64,000 nucleotides of DNA, from NCBI GenBank assembly GCA_024137785.1, contig JAHRHZ010000116.1, forward strand, positions 547,421 through 611,420, read 5' to 3'. Positions within the stretch are counted from its first letter, which is position 1. The number at the start of each line of letters is the position of its first letter. The stretch is from Ginglymostoma cirratum (Eukaryota). Positions 52,560 to 64,000 of the stretch are shown here, in pieces. The notes beneath the pieces are model-generated. The model was not told the origin of the DNA. It worked only from the letters and a program-made list of their open reading frames with translations, and made no database searches. The position numbers were made by a program, and so were the translations under genes.

Positions 52560-53740
52560 GGAACAAATTCGTAATAGAGAGAATAATTGCAGTGGAACAA
52601 AGAGCAAACGAATTAAACCAGCTTGAATTTGAAACAGAAATACGAAAGTTTGAATTATCATTTAAAGTAGGAAAAAGTGGCAAAAAGACAACTTGAACTT
52701 CTGAATCTGGCACTGTAAAGTGAATATCGACTTAAAATGACAGAGATAAAAATTAAAAGATGTAAGAAATGATGAGGGCAGTGAGGAAGAGCAAACCCGT
52801 CGTGGCCAAGGGCCTGTTAGGAATCTGTTCAAATATGCCCAAGCGTTGCCACGGTTCGGCAAAAGGACGCAGAAGCCCTTTTTCAGTCAATTTATAAAAA
52901 TGGGTGAACGAATGAAATAGTCAGTAACCGTGGATGTACTGTTGATTTAAGTAAAGTTGGTAGATAGAGTCAGTGAGGTCTTTACGTCATTATGACAGGA
53001 GATATGCAGGCGAGTATGATGAGATCAGGAAAAAACATTTTAACTGCAAATGAACTCATGCCAGAAGCCTACTGACAACAAATTTGGAATCTGAGGAGGG
53101 AACCTGTTCAAACGTAAATATAATTTGAAAGGAACGAATAAAGTAACTCTGATAGGTGGATGAGGTCATTGAAAAGAGTTTAATCATACAAAACTCTCAG
53201 AGAGACTGTTATTTGGAGTACAAAACTTCAATTTCTGAAATACTGAGAAGTCATATGGAAGAGCAGAGAGTTAAAACTGCAAGATTAGTAGCAGAAATGG
53301 CAAATAATTACAAGTTAGTTCCTAAATCAAAGTTTGAATTCCGACTTCAATTTTGTAATATGGAAGTGCCGTTACTGGACTGGGGTGGACATCTGACGAC
53401 GCAAGGTTATAGTCCAACATGTTTGTTTCAAATCACAAACGTTCTGAGCGTTGCAACACAGAAAGCTTGTGATTTCTAATAGATCCGTTAGACAATAACC
53501 TGGTGACATCTGACTTCTGACAACAGCAATTTCAATATATAAGGTATAGAAATCAGAAAAAAGAGAAGTCCTCAGTTGGTAAGGGAAAAGGAGCTCTCGC
53601 TGAAGATAGAGAGTTTTCTACAGCTTAGAAAATAAAACCATGGGGGACGGGGTCCAGACAAAAGCTTTAAAAAATGATTATTTTCATTGTAATAAAGTAG
53701 GATATTGAAGACAGTGCTGGTTCTTTAATAGGAGCCGTTG
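52560..53740 (+). mobile_element. Gypsy-like gag remnant, interrupted by a short repeat at ~53365-53520
   Basis: Decayed ALPRF..KDAEALF, ELMPEAY..., and IxRSHMEEQRVKTARLVAEMANNYKLV motifs resemble vertebrate Gypsy gag. Confidence 0.55.
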
Positions 53741-54829
53741 TATGAGTTGTTAACAGTGAGCTGCGAAACAGCCTCCCTTATCTAAATTTCAAATCTTCAC
53801 CGGTGACCAGTGAAGTGGGCGCATCCAGAGACCCAACAGCAGTTTACTGAGGGCGTTGTTTTAGATTGGCTGACTTCAAATATCCGCCTGCTCTTTTTCA
53901 GGCAAGCAAAGAAACGGCCAGCAGACAAACTGAAACAATGGCCAAAATAAATATTAAGACACTTCGTATAATTGACGAAATTTGTTTCAGCTCGAAATGC
54001 GGGTTGACAGCAACGAAGACTGCGCACTAAAGCTGTTTGACTTTTGACGTTGCTATCAGTTTGGCCGTTGTTGCTTTGGGATGCAGTCCTTTTGAATGAA
54101 TCTGTGATATTTTTTCACACCCTCGTAAAGTACTGAGTGTCAAGTAGCAGACATTGCCATTGCATTACTTTTAGCACAATAGTAACAGGGGGAGAGACTT
54201 TGAAACTTTTTAATTCACCCATCTTCCAGACTAAGTATCTCCCATTCCAAGTAGAGGCAAACACAAACTCAGACTTTGACGCCCACCCAGATACATGCTC
54301 AGAGACAAAGGAAAAGAGAGCTAAAGTGAGAGAGAGAGTAAGGGTGAGAGCGATAAACAAATAGCTAGTTGGAACGACAGATGTACTCACAGGCAGACAG
54401 ACACAGAAGTGTACAACATCAAACGTACAAATATTCATACAACCATGTGGTGATACACACAGATATGCATGTGCACACAAACACGAATACATGTCTAAAT
54501 AATTTGGTCTGTAAATGATTGACTGTGATACATTTTTATCATTGTGGCGTCATTGTAACTGTTCGCATCATTTAGATTTGCACTCTTTTCAAAGTTAGTA
54601 GCAGATTTTTGTAACTTCTAAAGATGCTGATGCAACGCCTTGAATATAACAGATTTACAATTAAACTTCTATTCCTATGTCCCGCTATATCTCCAGAACA
54701 ATGGACATCGACTTGTCCTCGAATTGTATGGCACAGGAAGATGCCAATTGGGCTGCATGTACATCATCGGTTCTACAAATGAGGTCATTTTATATCATAC
54801 GGCTTGATTATTTTGCAAGCTGCAACTAT

Positions 54830-55510
54830 CTCTGGGTATAACGGGATAGTAGATCATTTGGAAAGCATTAAAGGGTTAAACAAAACCAGAATGGAGTTCT
54901 TGCAAGTGAACAATGATTGACAAATCTAATGGAATTCTTTTCTTCAGGCTGTTAGTGGTATAATAGGCCAGCAAGAACCAGTGCATTCGGTGCATTTGGA
55001 TTTAGAGGATGGATTTGACAAAAAAGAAATATCCATAATAGGAAGTTCCTTGTAAAAATTAAAGTGCACGGAATTCAGGATATTGCATTGTCATGGATCA
55101 TGAATTGTTAGAGAGACGTGAAATAAAGATTAGAAGCAGAGTATTTTGGTTCCACATGGAGTCATTGACTTATTGGATACTGCAAGCATCATAAGTGTCG
55201 CCGACAACTCCTGATATAAATAAATGAACCTTATGAGGAATCCAAATGCAACATTGTAACCTTTCTGGTGCCACAAAACTGTTTCTGTTTGTGAGGAAGA
55301 TGCAAGGAGGCTTCAGGGTGATTTATACAAGTTAATTGAGTGGCAAGAAAAGCAGGGCAAAAAAGTGAAATCTAAATCTTAAAGCAGATTTTAAAGGCAT
55401 CAAGGAGTATGGAGGGTAAGAGGGCAAATGGCATTGAGATGCAGGATCAGCCAGGATCATACTAAATGATGGAGATGGCAGAAAGGGACGGCTGGCCGAT
55501 TCCTGCTCAA
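54830..55510 (+). mobile_element. Old CR1 RT fragment
   Basis: gacaaatctaatggaattc (TNLMEF), aaaattaaagtgcacggaatt (KIKxHGI), and a 3' UTR-like end. Confidence 0.65.
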
Positions 55511-55973
55511 AAAGTCGATACTCTCTCACACTGCAGATTTAACAATTGTTCTTCCAGAAGGCAAGAGCAACGATTTTGGATGGGAGACATATCTCGAGAA
55601 ATGTCGGGTCCGAGGAACAGAATCCTAAGATTCTGTCGAAATGAAGCCCTCCCTGCAATCAGCACCGCCTTGGAACATGAAATTTCCACTCAACGACTAC
55701 TTGCTTCTCGAATCATCAGAACTTCAATCAATCCTCCAACAGGCACAATGAGATCATGCTGCCTCATAAGCTTCATCTGGATGGGCAGAACCACATTTAT
55801 ACACATCAGACTTTGATTTAAAACCACCAGTACCTTGTATACTCAAATCCGCCTCTTTCCTGACAATTGACAAACCCGTCTGACCGTGGCTCATAAATCA
55901 ACAATCCGCCTAACGTCTTTTTTATTGAGTGACTGAAGGACAGACTGACTCATTTAACACAGCACGAGAAAGC

Positions 55974-56447
55974 ATGGCATATGCAAGGTGTCTCGCTCTC
56001 CTTTTCGTTTTGTTATCTAGTGCGTAGTTCCAATTGTTTTATTGTCCGAATTTTAAAGAAGTTTCATTTTCTCTGTTAATCTCCGTGAGTTAGATGAACT
56101 GGGGTCATGCCAGTTTGATGAATGTTGTTTAACTTTAATAGGTGCCCGGTCAAAGGTGATACTGATTCAGCAACAGGCAAAGACGGGTATTGCCGGATGT
56201 TCTCTGAGACTGACTTGTAAAGCGAGCGGGTTCAGTCTGGGCGGGCACTACATGTATTGGTACACACAGACTCCTGGGAAGGACCTGAAATGGCTACTTT
56301 GGTACTACAGCGAAAGGAACAAGACTTATAACCGAGAGGTTCAAGAACGATTTTCTGCTTTTAAAGATATTTCAAACAATGTCTTTTATTTAGATTTCAA
56401 AACATTGACAATCTCAGGGAGTACGACATATTTTTTGTGCACAGCAG
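55974..56447 (+). pseudogene. Second IgH VH-like (TAILV-like) V segment, ORF/pseudogene with +1 T in the YFC motif
   Basis: Leader 55974-56019 MAYARCLALLFVLLS/a gtgcgt; acceptor aatag; exon from 56142 SARSKVILIQQQAKTGIAGCSLRLTCKASGFSLGGHYMYWYTQTPGKDLKWLLWYY...FKDISNNVFYLDFKTLTISGSTTYFLC. Paralog of 38708-39183. Confidence 0.85.
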
Positions 56448-56486
56448 CACAGCGAGACAGGTTAGATCTAGACCTGTACAATAACC
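56448..56486 (+). other. Recombination signal sequence, 23-bp spacer
   Basis: CACAGCG - agacaggttagatctagacctgt (23 nt) - ACAATAACC. Confidence 0.88.
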
Positions 56487-57469
56487 CACAAGTGGAAATA
56501 TAGTATTTTCTATTAATCTCAAAACATCATCCGCCATTGAAAGCAGATCGATTAACATGTAGATTGTAAAGGAAGTCAATGGACCATTCATGTTTCTGCC
56601 TACTGTTTCAGTTTATAGCTGCATTCCTTCAATTTTTTCTTCTTTTTTAGTATATGTCTTTGCCTGATTACGTTCTGAATGAACTATGTTTTTCATTTCC
56701 ACTCTACCAATAATTTGATTGTATATCACTTATCGTCACAAACCCCTGATTAAAATTTCTCATCCATAACCACATTTTACGATTTGGGTCAAATAGTCTT
56801 ACCGAAATAGCAACACAGAGACAATTTTCCCATTCATATCTCCCAGCACATTTAGAAAGAGACTCAGTCATTCTCAATTCTCCATGTGGAAGAACGCCAC
56901 CTGTACGATCTCGCCACGTATCTACAGCTTTTCATTCATGATAACATTTCAACGAAGTCTCTCTGCACCCTACCTCCCCGAAGGACGTCGCTCTGTCGCT
57001 GCAATGTATATCATCTGCAAGATTCCCTGTCGATCGAAAGCAAGACTCCTTATGTAGTCTTTTCCAAAATGTGCCATGCACCATCTAGAAGGATAAGGGC
57101 AACAGACGCATTAGAAACAAAACTCACTTCAACTGTTCCTCCAAACAAATCACGTTCCAGACTCAGAAATGAATAGGCAATGGACGATTTATACTACCGT
57201 TAGACGATTAATCTGGTGACATGGAATCCATGACCTATGTTCGGAATAACGGGGTTTGAATCTTGGGTATAGCTCTTGGTGGAATTTTAATTCATTAAGA
57301 GTCTAATGACAATTGTTATTGATTGTTGTAAAAGAACCTCAGCTTCATTGATGTCTTCCAGGGAACGATTAGTGCTGACCCAGCCAGCGATCACTACACC
57401 CCATACAAAACTAAATGAAAGATAGTATCCTTCAAGCACAGTCTCTGGGTCAAAATCATATTATTAAGC

Positions 57470-57950
57470 TGGGGAGGGGGATCAGAAGAGATTTACCACA
57501 ACGTTATCAGTATTGAAAGTTTGAATTATAAAGAAATACTGCATAGGTAAGGTCCTGTAATCAAAGAAGCGTAGGAGGTTGAGAAGTGACTTTACTTACA
57601 GAGGTTTATAAAATTGTGAGGGGAATAGATAGGGTTATTGTAGGTACACTTTCCCCAGGATGGTGAATTTCAAGACTGAGGGGCATATTATTTAATGCGA
57701 GAGGAGAACGACTTAAAAGAAGATATGAAAGGCAAATTTGAGACACAGAGGGCAGTTTGCGTGTAGAATGAACGTCCCAATGAAATGGTGGATGTGGGCA
57801 CAGTTAAAACATTTAAAAGACACTTTGATAAGTATGTGAACAGGAAATGTTTGGAGGAATAGGTCAGAAGCAGGGATGTGGGACGAGCTCAGTTTAGAAT
57901 TATGTGCAGCATGGACTTGTTGGACCGAAGTGCCTGCCTCCCGTTTGCTG
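57470..57950 (+). mobile_element. CR1 3' fragment
   Basis: cagaagagatttaccacaacgtt (QKRFT), gaggtttataaaatt, and the CR1 3' UTR. Confidence 0.8.
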
Positions 57951-59144
57951 CATGACGCAATGACTTTATAACTGACTCCCTGAACATACTGAGGGTGATC
58001 CTACTCCCTGCGAACTGCAGCGATTCAAGAATATAGCTCACGACCGTCTGCTTCAGGGCAAGTAGGAATGAACAACAATCAGTGATGGCATAGACTGTGA
58101 GCCAACATCACATGAATGAATTAAAATAGAAGACCTCTGAAGCAAAAAAGTTAATTTCTCACTGCGGGAGTGAGGAACTGTCCAGAAAATTTATTCCACG
58201 ATACGACATTATGGAAGAGAATAACACGTCCAAATATTGATTCGAGAGTTTCAGGTCTGCAGGAAGTTCCTAGGGTCGGTCCTGTCCTAGCATCGTATCC
58301 CTGTGGTATGCTTCAGCAACACACTGAATCGCAGATTTGTTACGAAGCAGAGATAAACCATGCAGTCCATTATGCCAACACCTGTCCTATTACCCAGTGT
58401 TGATGTCATACCTTTTTTCCAGATAGCCCACACAATTGTTCTATCAAAATTACCATACACTAACTCAAATGAACGTCGTACCAGCACAATTTCAATAATT
58501 GAATTTCATCCACTAACTCCTCCTGACTACTCTAAACTTTATGCTGAGAACGTTATTGCTCCGTCTTGCTTAAGACAATGACACCAACATGAATCACAAT
58601 ATTTGGCCGTTCACTCGCCCGCAGAAGAACCACCTCCAGCTGCTCTGGAGACATCATTGACCCTTGCACCACGGAGGCAGTCAGCTCCCTTGGGTCAGGT
58701 CCAAGCTTACAAAAGCGGTTATGTGCTGTCAGATTAAAGAATTCCAAATCAGTGCTGCCTTACCCTTTCCTTCCTTCTCTCCTGTTCATCTGAGACGTTC
58801 ATGGTGCCACAAATATTGCTCCCACGCATGGCTTTGGTGAATCATGGCAATCTCTAACATAAATAACACAAAGCTGATAAGTGAGTACGCCCTCAAAAGA
58901 CTGATCCATTGCCTTCCTACTTCTTAAAATTCGCTGGTAGTCTTCAAATGTACGACTACCCTGTTAAACTGGAGACCACGACAATATGGCAATAAAGCGA
59001 ATAAGGAGTGCTTCTAACAATTAAATTGGAGGAAATATACTTCACTTCTTTTCCAAATACTAATTCATGCTGAAATCAGACTGGAATGTTCCAATTTAGG
59101 CATGATCTGTACTTCAGGCGTAATTCTTTGAGATTCTGTCACTC

Positions 59145-61090
59145 AACCACTCTTCTCCCCTGCTCCACCTACCTCGACTCCATTTTCTCCCCCTTGGTCC
59201 AGGAACTCCCTACCTACGTCCGTGACACCACCCACGCCCTCCACCTCCTCCAGAACTTCCAATTCCCCGGTCCCCAACACCTCATTTTTACTATGGACGT
59301 CCAGTCCATATACACCTGTATTCCCCATGCAGATGGCCTAAAGGCCCTCCGCTTCTTCCTGTCCCGCAGACCTGACCGATCTCCCTCTACTTACACCCTC
59401 ATCCGCTTAGCCGAACTCATCCTCACTCTCAACAACTTCGCTTTCAATTCCTCCCACTTCATACAGACAAAGAGGGTGGCCATGGGTACCCGCATGGGCC
59501 CAATCTATGCCTGCCTCTTTGTAGGTTACGTGAAACAATCCCTCTTCCGTACCTCCACTGACCCGAAACACCACCTCTTCCTCCGTTACATTGATGACTG
59601 CATCGGCGTCGCCTCGTGCTCCCACGAGGAGCTCGAGCAGTTCATCTCCTTCACCAACACCTTCCACCATAACCTTAATTCACCTGGCCATCTCTAACAC
59701 CTCTCTCTCCTTCCTGGACCGCTCTGTCTCCATCTCGGGTAACCACCTAGAAACCAATATCCATTTCAAGCCCACCGACTCCCAAAGCTACCGAGAGTAC
59801 ACCTCCTCCCACCCACCTTCCTGCAAAAATGCCATCCCCTATTCCCAATTCCTTCATCTGCGCAGCATCTGCTCCCAGGATGAGGCATTCCACTCCCGTA
59901 CATCTCAGATGTCCTCGTTCTTCAAGGACCGCAACTTCCCCTCCGCAGTGTTCTAGAATGCCCTCGACCGTGTCTCCCACATTTCCCGCAACTCATCCCT
60001 CACACTCCGTCCTGCAATAAAAACCAAAAAAGAATCCCCCTCGTACTAACTTACCACCCAACCAACCTTCGGAGACAAGAAATCATCCTCCAACACTTCC
60101 GTGATCTGCAATTCGACCCCACCACCAAAGACATTTTTCCCTCCCTACCCTTGTCTGCTTTCCGGAAGAACCACTCTTTCCGTGACTCCCTTGTCCACTC
60201 CAAAGTCCCCTCCAGCCCCACCACACCCGGCACTTTTCCCTGCAACCGCAGGAAGTGTGACACCTGCCCCCACACCTCCTCCCTCAACCCCATCCCAGGC
60301 CCCAAGAAGACTTTCCACATCAAGCAGATGTTCACCTGCGCATTTGCCAATGTTGTATGCTGCATCCGCTGTATCTGTTGTGGCCTCCTCTACATCGGGC
60401 AAACCAAGTGGAAGCTTGGGGACCACTTTGCAGAACACCTGCTCTCGGTTCGCAACAAACAATTGTACCTCCCAGTCGCGAACCATTTCAACTCCCCCTC
60501 CCACTCCTCAGACGACATGTCCATCGTTGACCTCCTTCAGTGCCACAATGATGCCACCCGAAGGCTAAAGGAAGAGCAGCTCATATTTAGCCTGAGAGCC
60601 CTGCAGGCCAATGGAATCAGTTTGGATTTCACGAGCTTCAAAATCTCCCCTTCCCCAACCGCATCCCAAGACCAGACCAGCTCGTCCCCGCCTCCCGAAC
60701 CTGCTCTTCCTCTCACCTGTCCCCTCCTCCCACCTCAAGCCGCACCCCCATCTCCTATCTACTAACCTCATCCCGCCCCTTTGACCTGTCCATCCTCCCT
60801 GGACTGACCTATCTCCTCCCTACCTCCCCACCTACACTCACCTTTACTGGCTCCATCCCCGCCTATTTGACTTGTCTGTCTCCTCTCCACCTATCCTCTC
60901 CTCTATCCATCTTCTAGCCACCTCCCCCTCTCTCCCTATTTATTTCAGTACCCTCTTCCCCTCCCCCACTTCTGATGAAGAGCCTAGGCCCAAAACGTCA
61001 AGCTTTCCTGCTCCTATGATGTTGCTTGGCCTGCTGTGTTCATCCAACTCCAGACCTTTTTAACTCGGATTCTCTGGTATCTGCAGTACC
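59145..61090 (+). mobile_element. Penelope-like retroelement, 5'-truncated: RT + GIY-YIG + terminal repeat
   Basis: TMDVQSIYTCIPH, VAMGTRMGPIYA, LRYIDD (RT); CCIRCICCGLLYIGQTKWKLGDHFAEH (GIY-YIG); frameshifts; tail homologous to 4430-4760. Confidence 0.93.
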
Positions 61091-64000
61091 TATTATCTCT
61101 GCTTTGAATACTGTTGGGTTTGGGGGAGGGAGGAGGTGTTACATACTGCCAGAGGAAAGTCATAGCGGCCAGGTCTCTGACACTGAGCCGAGCTCTTGGC
61201 TCAGAAGGGAACGGGGTCGAACAGGAGAGCGATAGCGATAGGAGATTCAATGGTTAGGAGAACAGACAGGAGATTCTGTGGTCATGAACGAGACTCCTGG
61301 ATGGCCTGTTGCCTCCCATGTTCCAGGTTCAGGGATGTCTCCGAACGAGTCTACGAATTACTTAAGAGGGAAGCTGAGAAGCTAGTAGCTGTGGTACACA
61401 TCGGTAACAATGACATAACTAGAAAGGGGATAAGGACCTTAAAATTGAATATAGGCAGTTAGGTTGGAAGTTAAATGGTAGGATCATTTCTACTGGTGCC
61501 GCGGGCTAGTGAGGCAAGGAATGGAGAGCGAGTACACGTGAACATGTGTCTACAGAGTTGTTGTAGGAGGAAGGTTTCAAATATGTGGATCATTGGGATG
61601 CATTCTGGGGGAGGTGGGATCTGTACAAAAGAATGGGTTGCAAATGAACTGAAGGAGCACCAATATACTATGCGGGATGTTTGCTAGAACTCTTCGGGAA
61701 GGTTTAAACTAGTTTGGTTAGGGGAATGGAACCAGAGGATGGCGCACAGGCAGATATCGAATGCAGAGAGTCTGTGAGGAAGGATAGACAGTTGATAGTG
61801 CAAAGTAGCAGACAGTGTGATGGGTTGAAAAGTATCTATTTCAACGCGAGAAGTGTCAGGAATAAGTGTGATGAACTTAGAGCATGGATCAGTACTTGAA
61901 GTTATTATGTTGTGGCCATTACAGAAACTTGGATATCACAGGAACAGGAATGGTTGTTGGATATTCCGCGGTTTAGATGTTTCAAAAGAAATAAGGAGTA
62001 GGTATAAGAAGTGGGAGAGTGGCATTGCTAATCCGGGATGTTATCACAGCTGCAGAAAGGGAGTTTGTAAAGGAGCTTTTGACTACTGAGTCAGTATGGG
62101 TGGAGGTCAGAAATAGGAAAGGTGTAGTCACTTTATAAGCAGTTTTCTATGGAATCCCAAAGGCAACAGAGACACTGAGGAACAGATTGGGAGGCAGATT
62201 TTGGAAAGGTGCAGAAGTAGTAGGGCTGTTGTCATGGGTGATTTCAACATCCCTAATATCGACTGGAACCTCTGCAGTGCAAATAGTTGGGATGGAGCAG
62301 ATTTTGTCAGGTGTACCCAAGAAGAATTCTTGACTCAATATGTACATAGGCCGACGAGAGGGGAGACCATGTTGGATTTTGGTGATTGGCAACTAACCAG
62401 GCCAGGTGTCAGATCTCTCAGTGTGAGAGCATTTCAGTGGTAGTGGTCACAAATCCATGACCTTTACTATCGTCATGGAGAAGGGTAGGAGCAGACGGTA
62501 TGGGAAAGTACTTAACTGGGGGACCGGGAATTACAATGCTGTTTGGCAGGAACTGTAGAGCATAAACTGGGAACAGATGCTCTCAAGGAAATGCAAGACA
62601 GAAATGCGTAGGTTGTTTAGGGAGCACTTTCTCCGAGTACTGGATACGTTTCTCCCATTGAGGCAAGGAAGGGATGGTAAGGTGAAGGAACTTTGTATGA
62701 CAAGCAATGCGGGACATCTAGTCAAGAGGAAGAAGAAATCTTACTTAAAGTTGAACAAGCAAGGACCATACAAGGCTCTAAAGAGTTACAAGGTAGCCAG
62801 GAAGGAACTGAAGAGTGGACTTAGGAGAGCTAGAAGGAGGCATGAAAATGCTTCGCAGGCAGGGTTAAGGAAAACCCCAAGGCGTTCCATACTTATGTCA
62901 GGAACAAGAGGACGGATAGAGTGAGAATAGGGCCGATCAGGGACAGTGGAGGAAATTTATGCCTGGAGTCAGAGGAGGTAGGGAAGGTTCTTAGTGAATA
63001 ATTTGCTTCAGTATACACTAGTGAGAGGGACCTTGCCGTTGGTGAGGACAGTGCGAAACAGTCTGAACAGGTTGCTGATAGGAAGGAGGATGTGCTAGAA
63101 ATTTTGCGGAACATGAGGATAGATAAGTCCCCTGAGCAAGATGAGATATACTCGAGGCTGTAATGGCAAGCAAGGAGATATTGCTGCTCCTTTGGCGATG
63201 ATCTTTGCGTTACAACGTTGCACTGGAGTAGAACCAAATGATTGGAGGGTGGCAAATGTTATTCCCTTGTTCAAGAAAGGGAATAGGTATAACCCTTGGA
63301 ATTATACACAAGTTAGCCTTACTTCTGTGACAGGCAAATTATTGGAGAGCTTTCTGAGACACAGTATTTACGATTATTTAGAAAAGCATTGTTTGATTAG
63401 AGACAGTAAGCATGGGTTTGTGAGGGACAGGTCATGCCTAACCAGCCTTACTGAATTCTTTGAGGATTTGACAAAACACATTGATGATGGTAGAGCAGTG
63501 GATGTGGTAGAAATGGATTTTAGCCTGGCGTTTAGTAAGGTTTACCATGGTAGACTGATTCCGAAAGTAAGGAGGCATCAGATTCAGGCAAATGTGGCTG
63601 TCTGGACACAGAATTAGTTGTCCAATAGAAGACAGAGGGTGTCAGTAGTTGGTAGTGTTCAGCCTGGAGCTCGGTGACCAGTGACGTGCAGCATGGATCT
63701 GTTCTTGGACCTCTGCCCTTTGTGATCTTTATAAATGTCTTGGATAAGGAAGTGTAAGGGTGGATTAGTAAATTTGCCGATGACACGGAGGTTGGTGGAG
63801 TTTGGACAGCGTGGAGGGCTGTTGTAGATTGCAATGGGACATTGACAGAATGCAGAGCCGGGCAAAGAAGTGACAGATGGAATTTAACACAGAAAAGTGT
63901 GAAGTGATTCATTTTGGAAGTTCGAATTTGAATGCAGAATACAGGGCTAGTCGTAGGATTCTTGGCACTGTGGAGGAACATGGGGATCGTGGGGTCCACG
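61090..64000 (+). mobile_element. CR1 LINE (ORF1 esterase + ORF2), decayed, continues past the window edge
   Basis: RAIAIGDSMVRRTDRRFCG...VVHIGNNDI, YFNARSVRNK, VVMGDFNIPNIDW, WRVANVIPLFKKG. Confidence 0.93.

Noticed and set aside
1-64000. Prokaryotic systems (CRISPR, operons) and the many short 60-110 aa ORFs
   Set aside because: The sequence is vertebrate genomic DNA with spliced genes; the short ORFs are antisense or alternate frames of repeats, or random. No repeat-spacer array is seen.

Overview
Eukaryotic genomic DNA from a cartilaginous fish (shark-type CR1 LINEs, Penelope-like elements, V-SINE/DeuSINE). The window reads as part of the V-segment array of a T-cell receptor alpha/delta locus. 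It holds one apparently intact TCR alpha/delta V gene (12759-13198, minus) and several decayed TCR V pseudogenes of one family in both orientations. Interspersed with them are two IgH-VH-like V segments with leader exons and 23-bp RSSs (38708-39183, intact; 55974-56447, +1 T near the second Cys), resembling the TCR-associated Ig-like V (TAILV) class. There is also a heavily decayed short V remnant with IgNAR/NAR-TCR-like spacing (32622-32984). I found no convincing D, J or C exons. Much of the window is retroelement debris: CR1 with ORF1 esterase, Penelope-like RT/GIY-YIG elements carrying minimal hammerhead-ribozyme cores, Gypsy remnants, a solo LTR and SINEs. All calls come from reading the sequence by eye; repeat boundaries are approximate.
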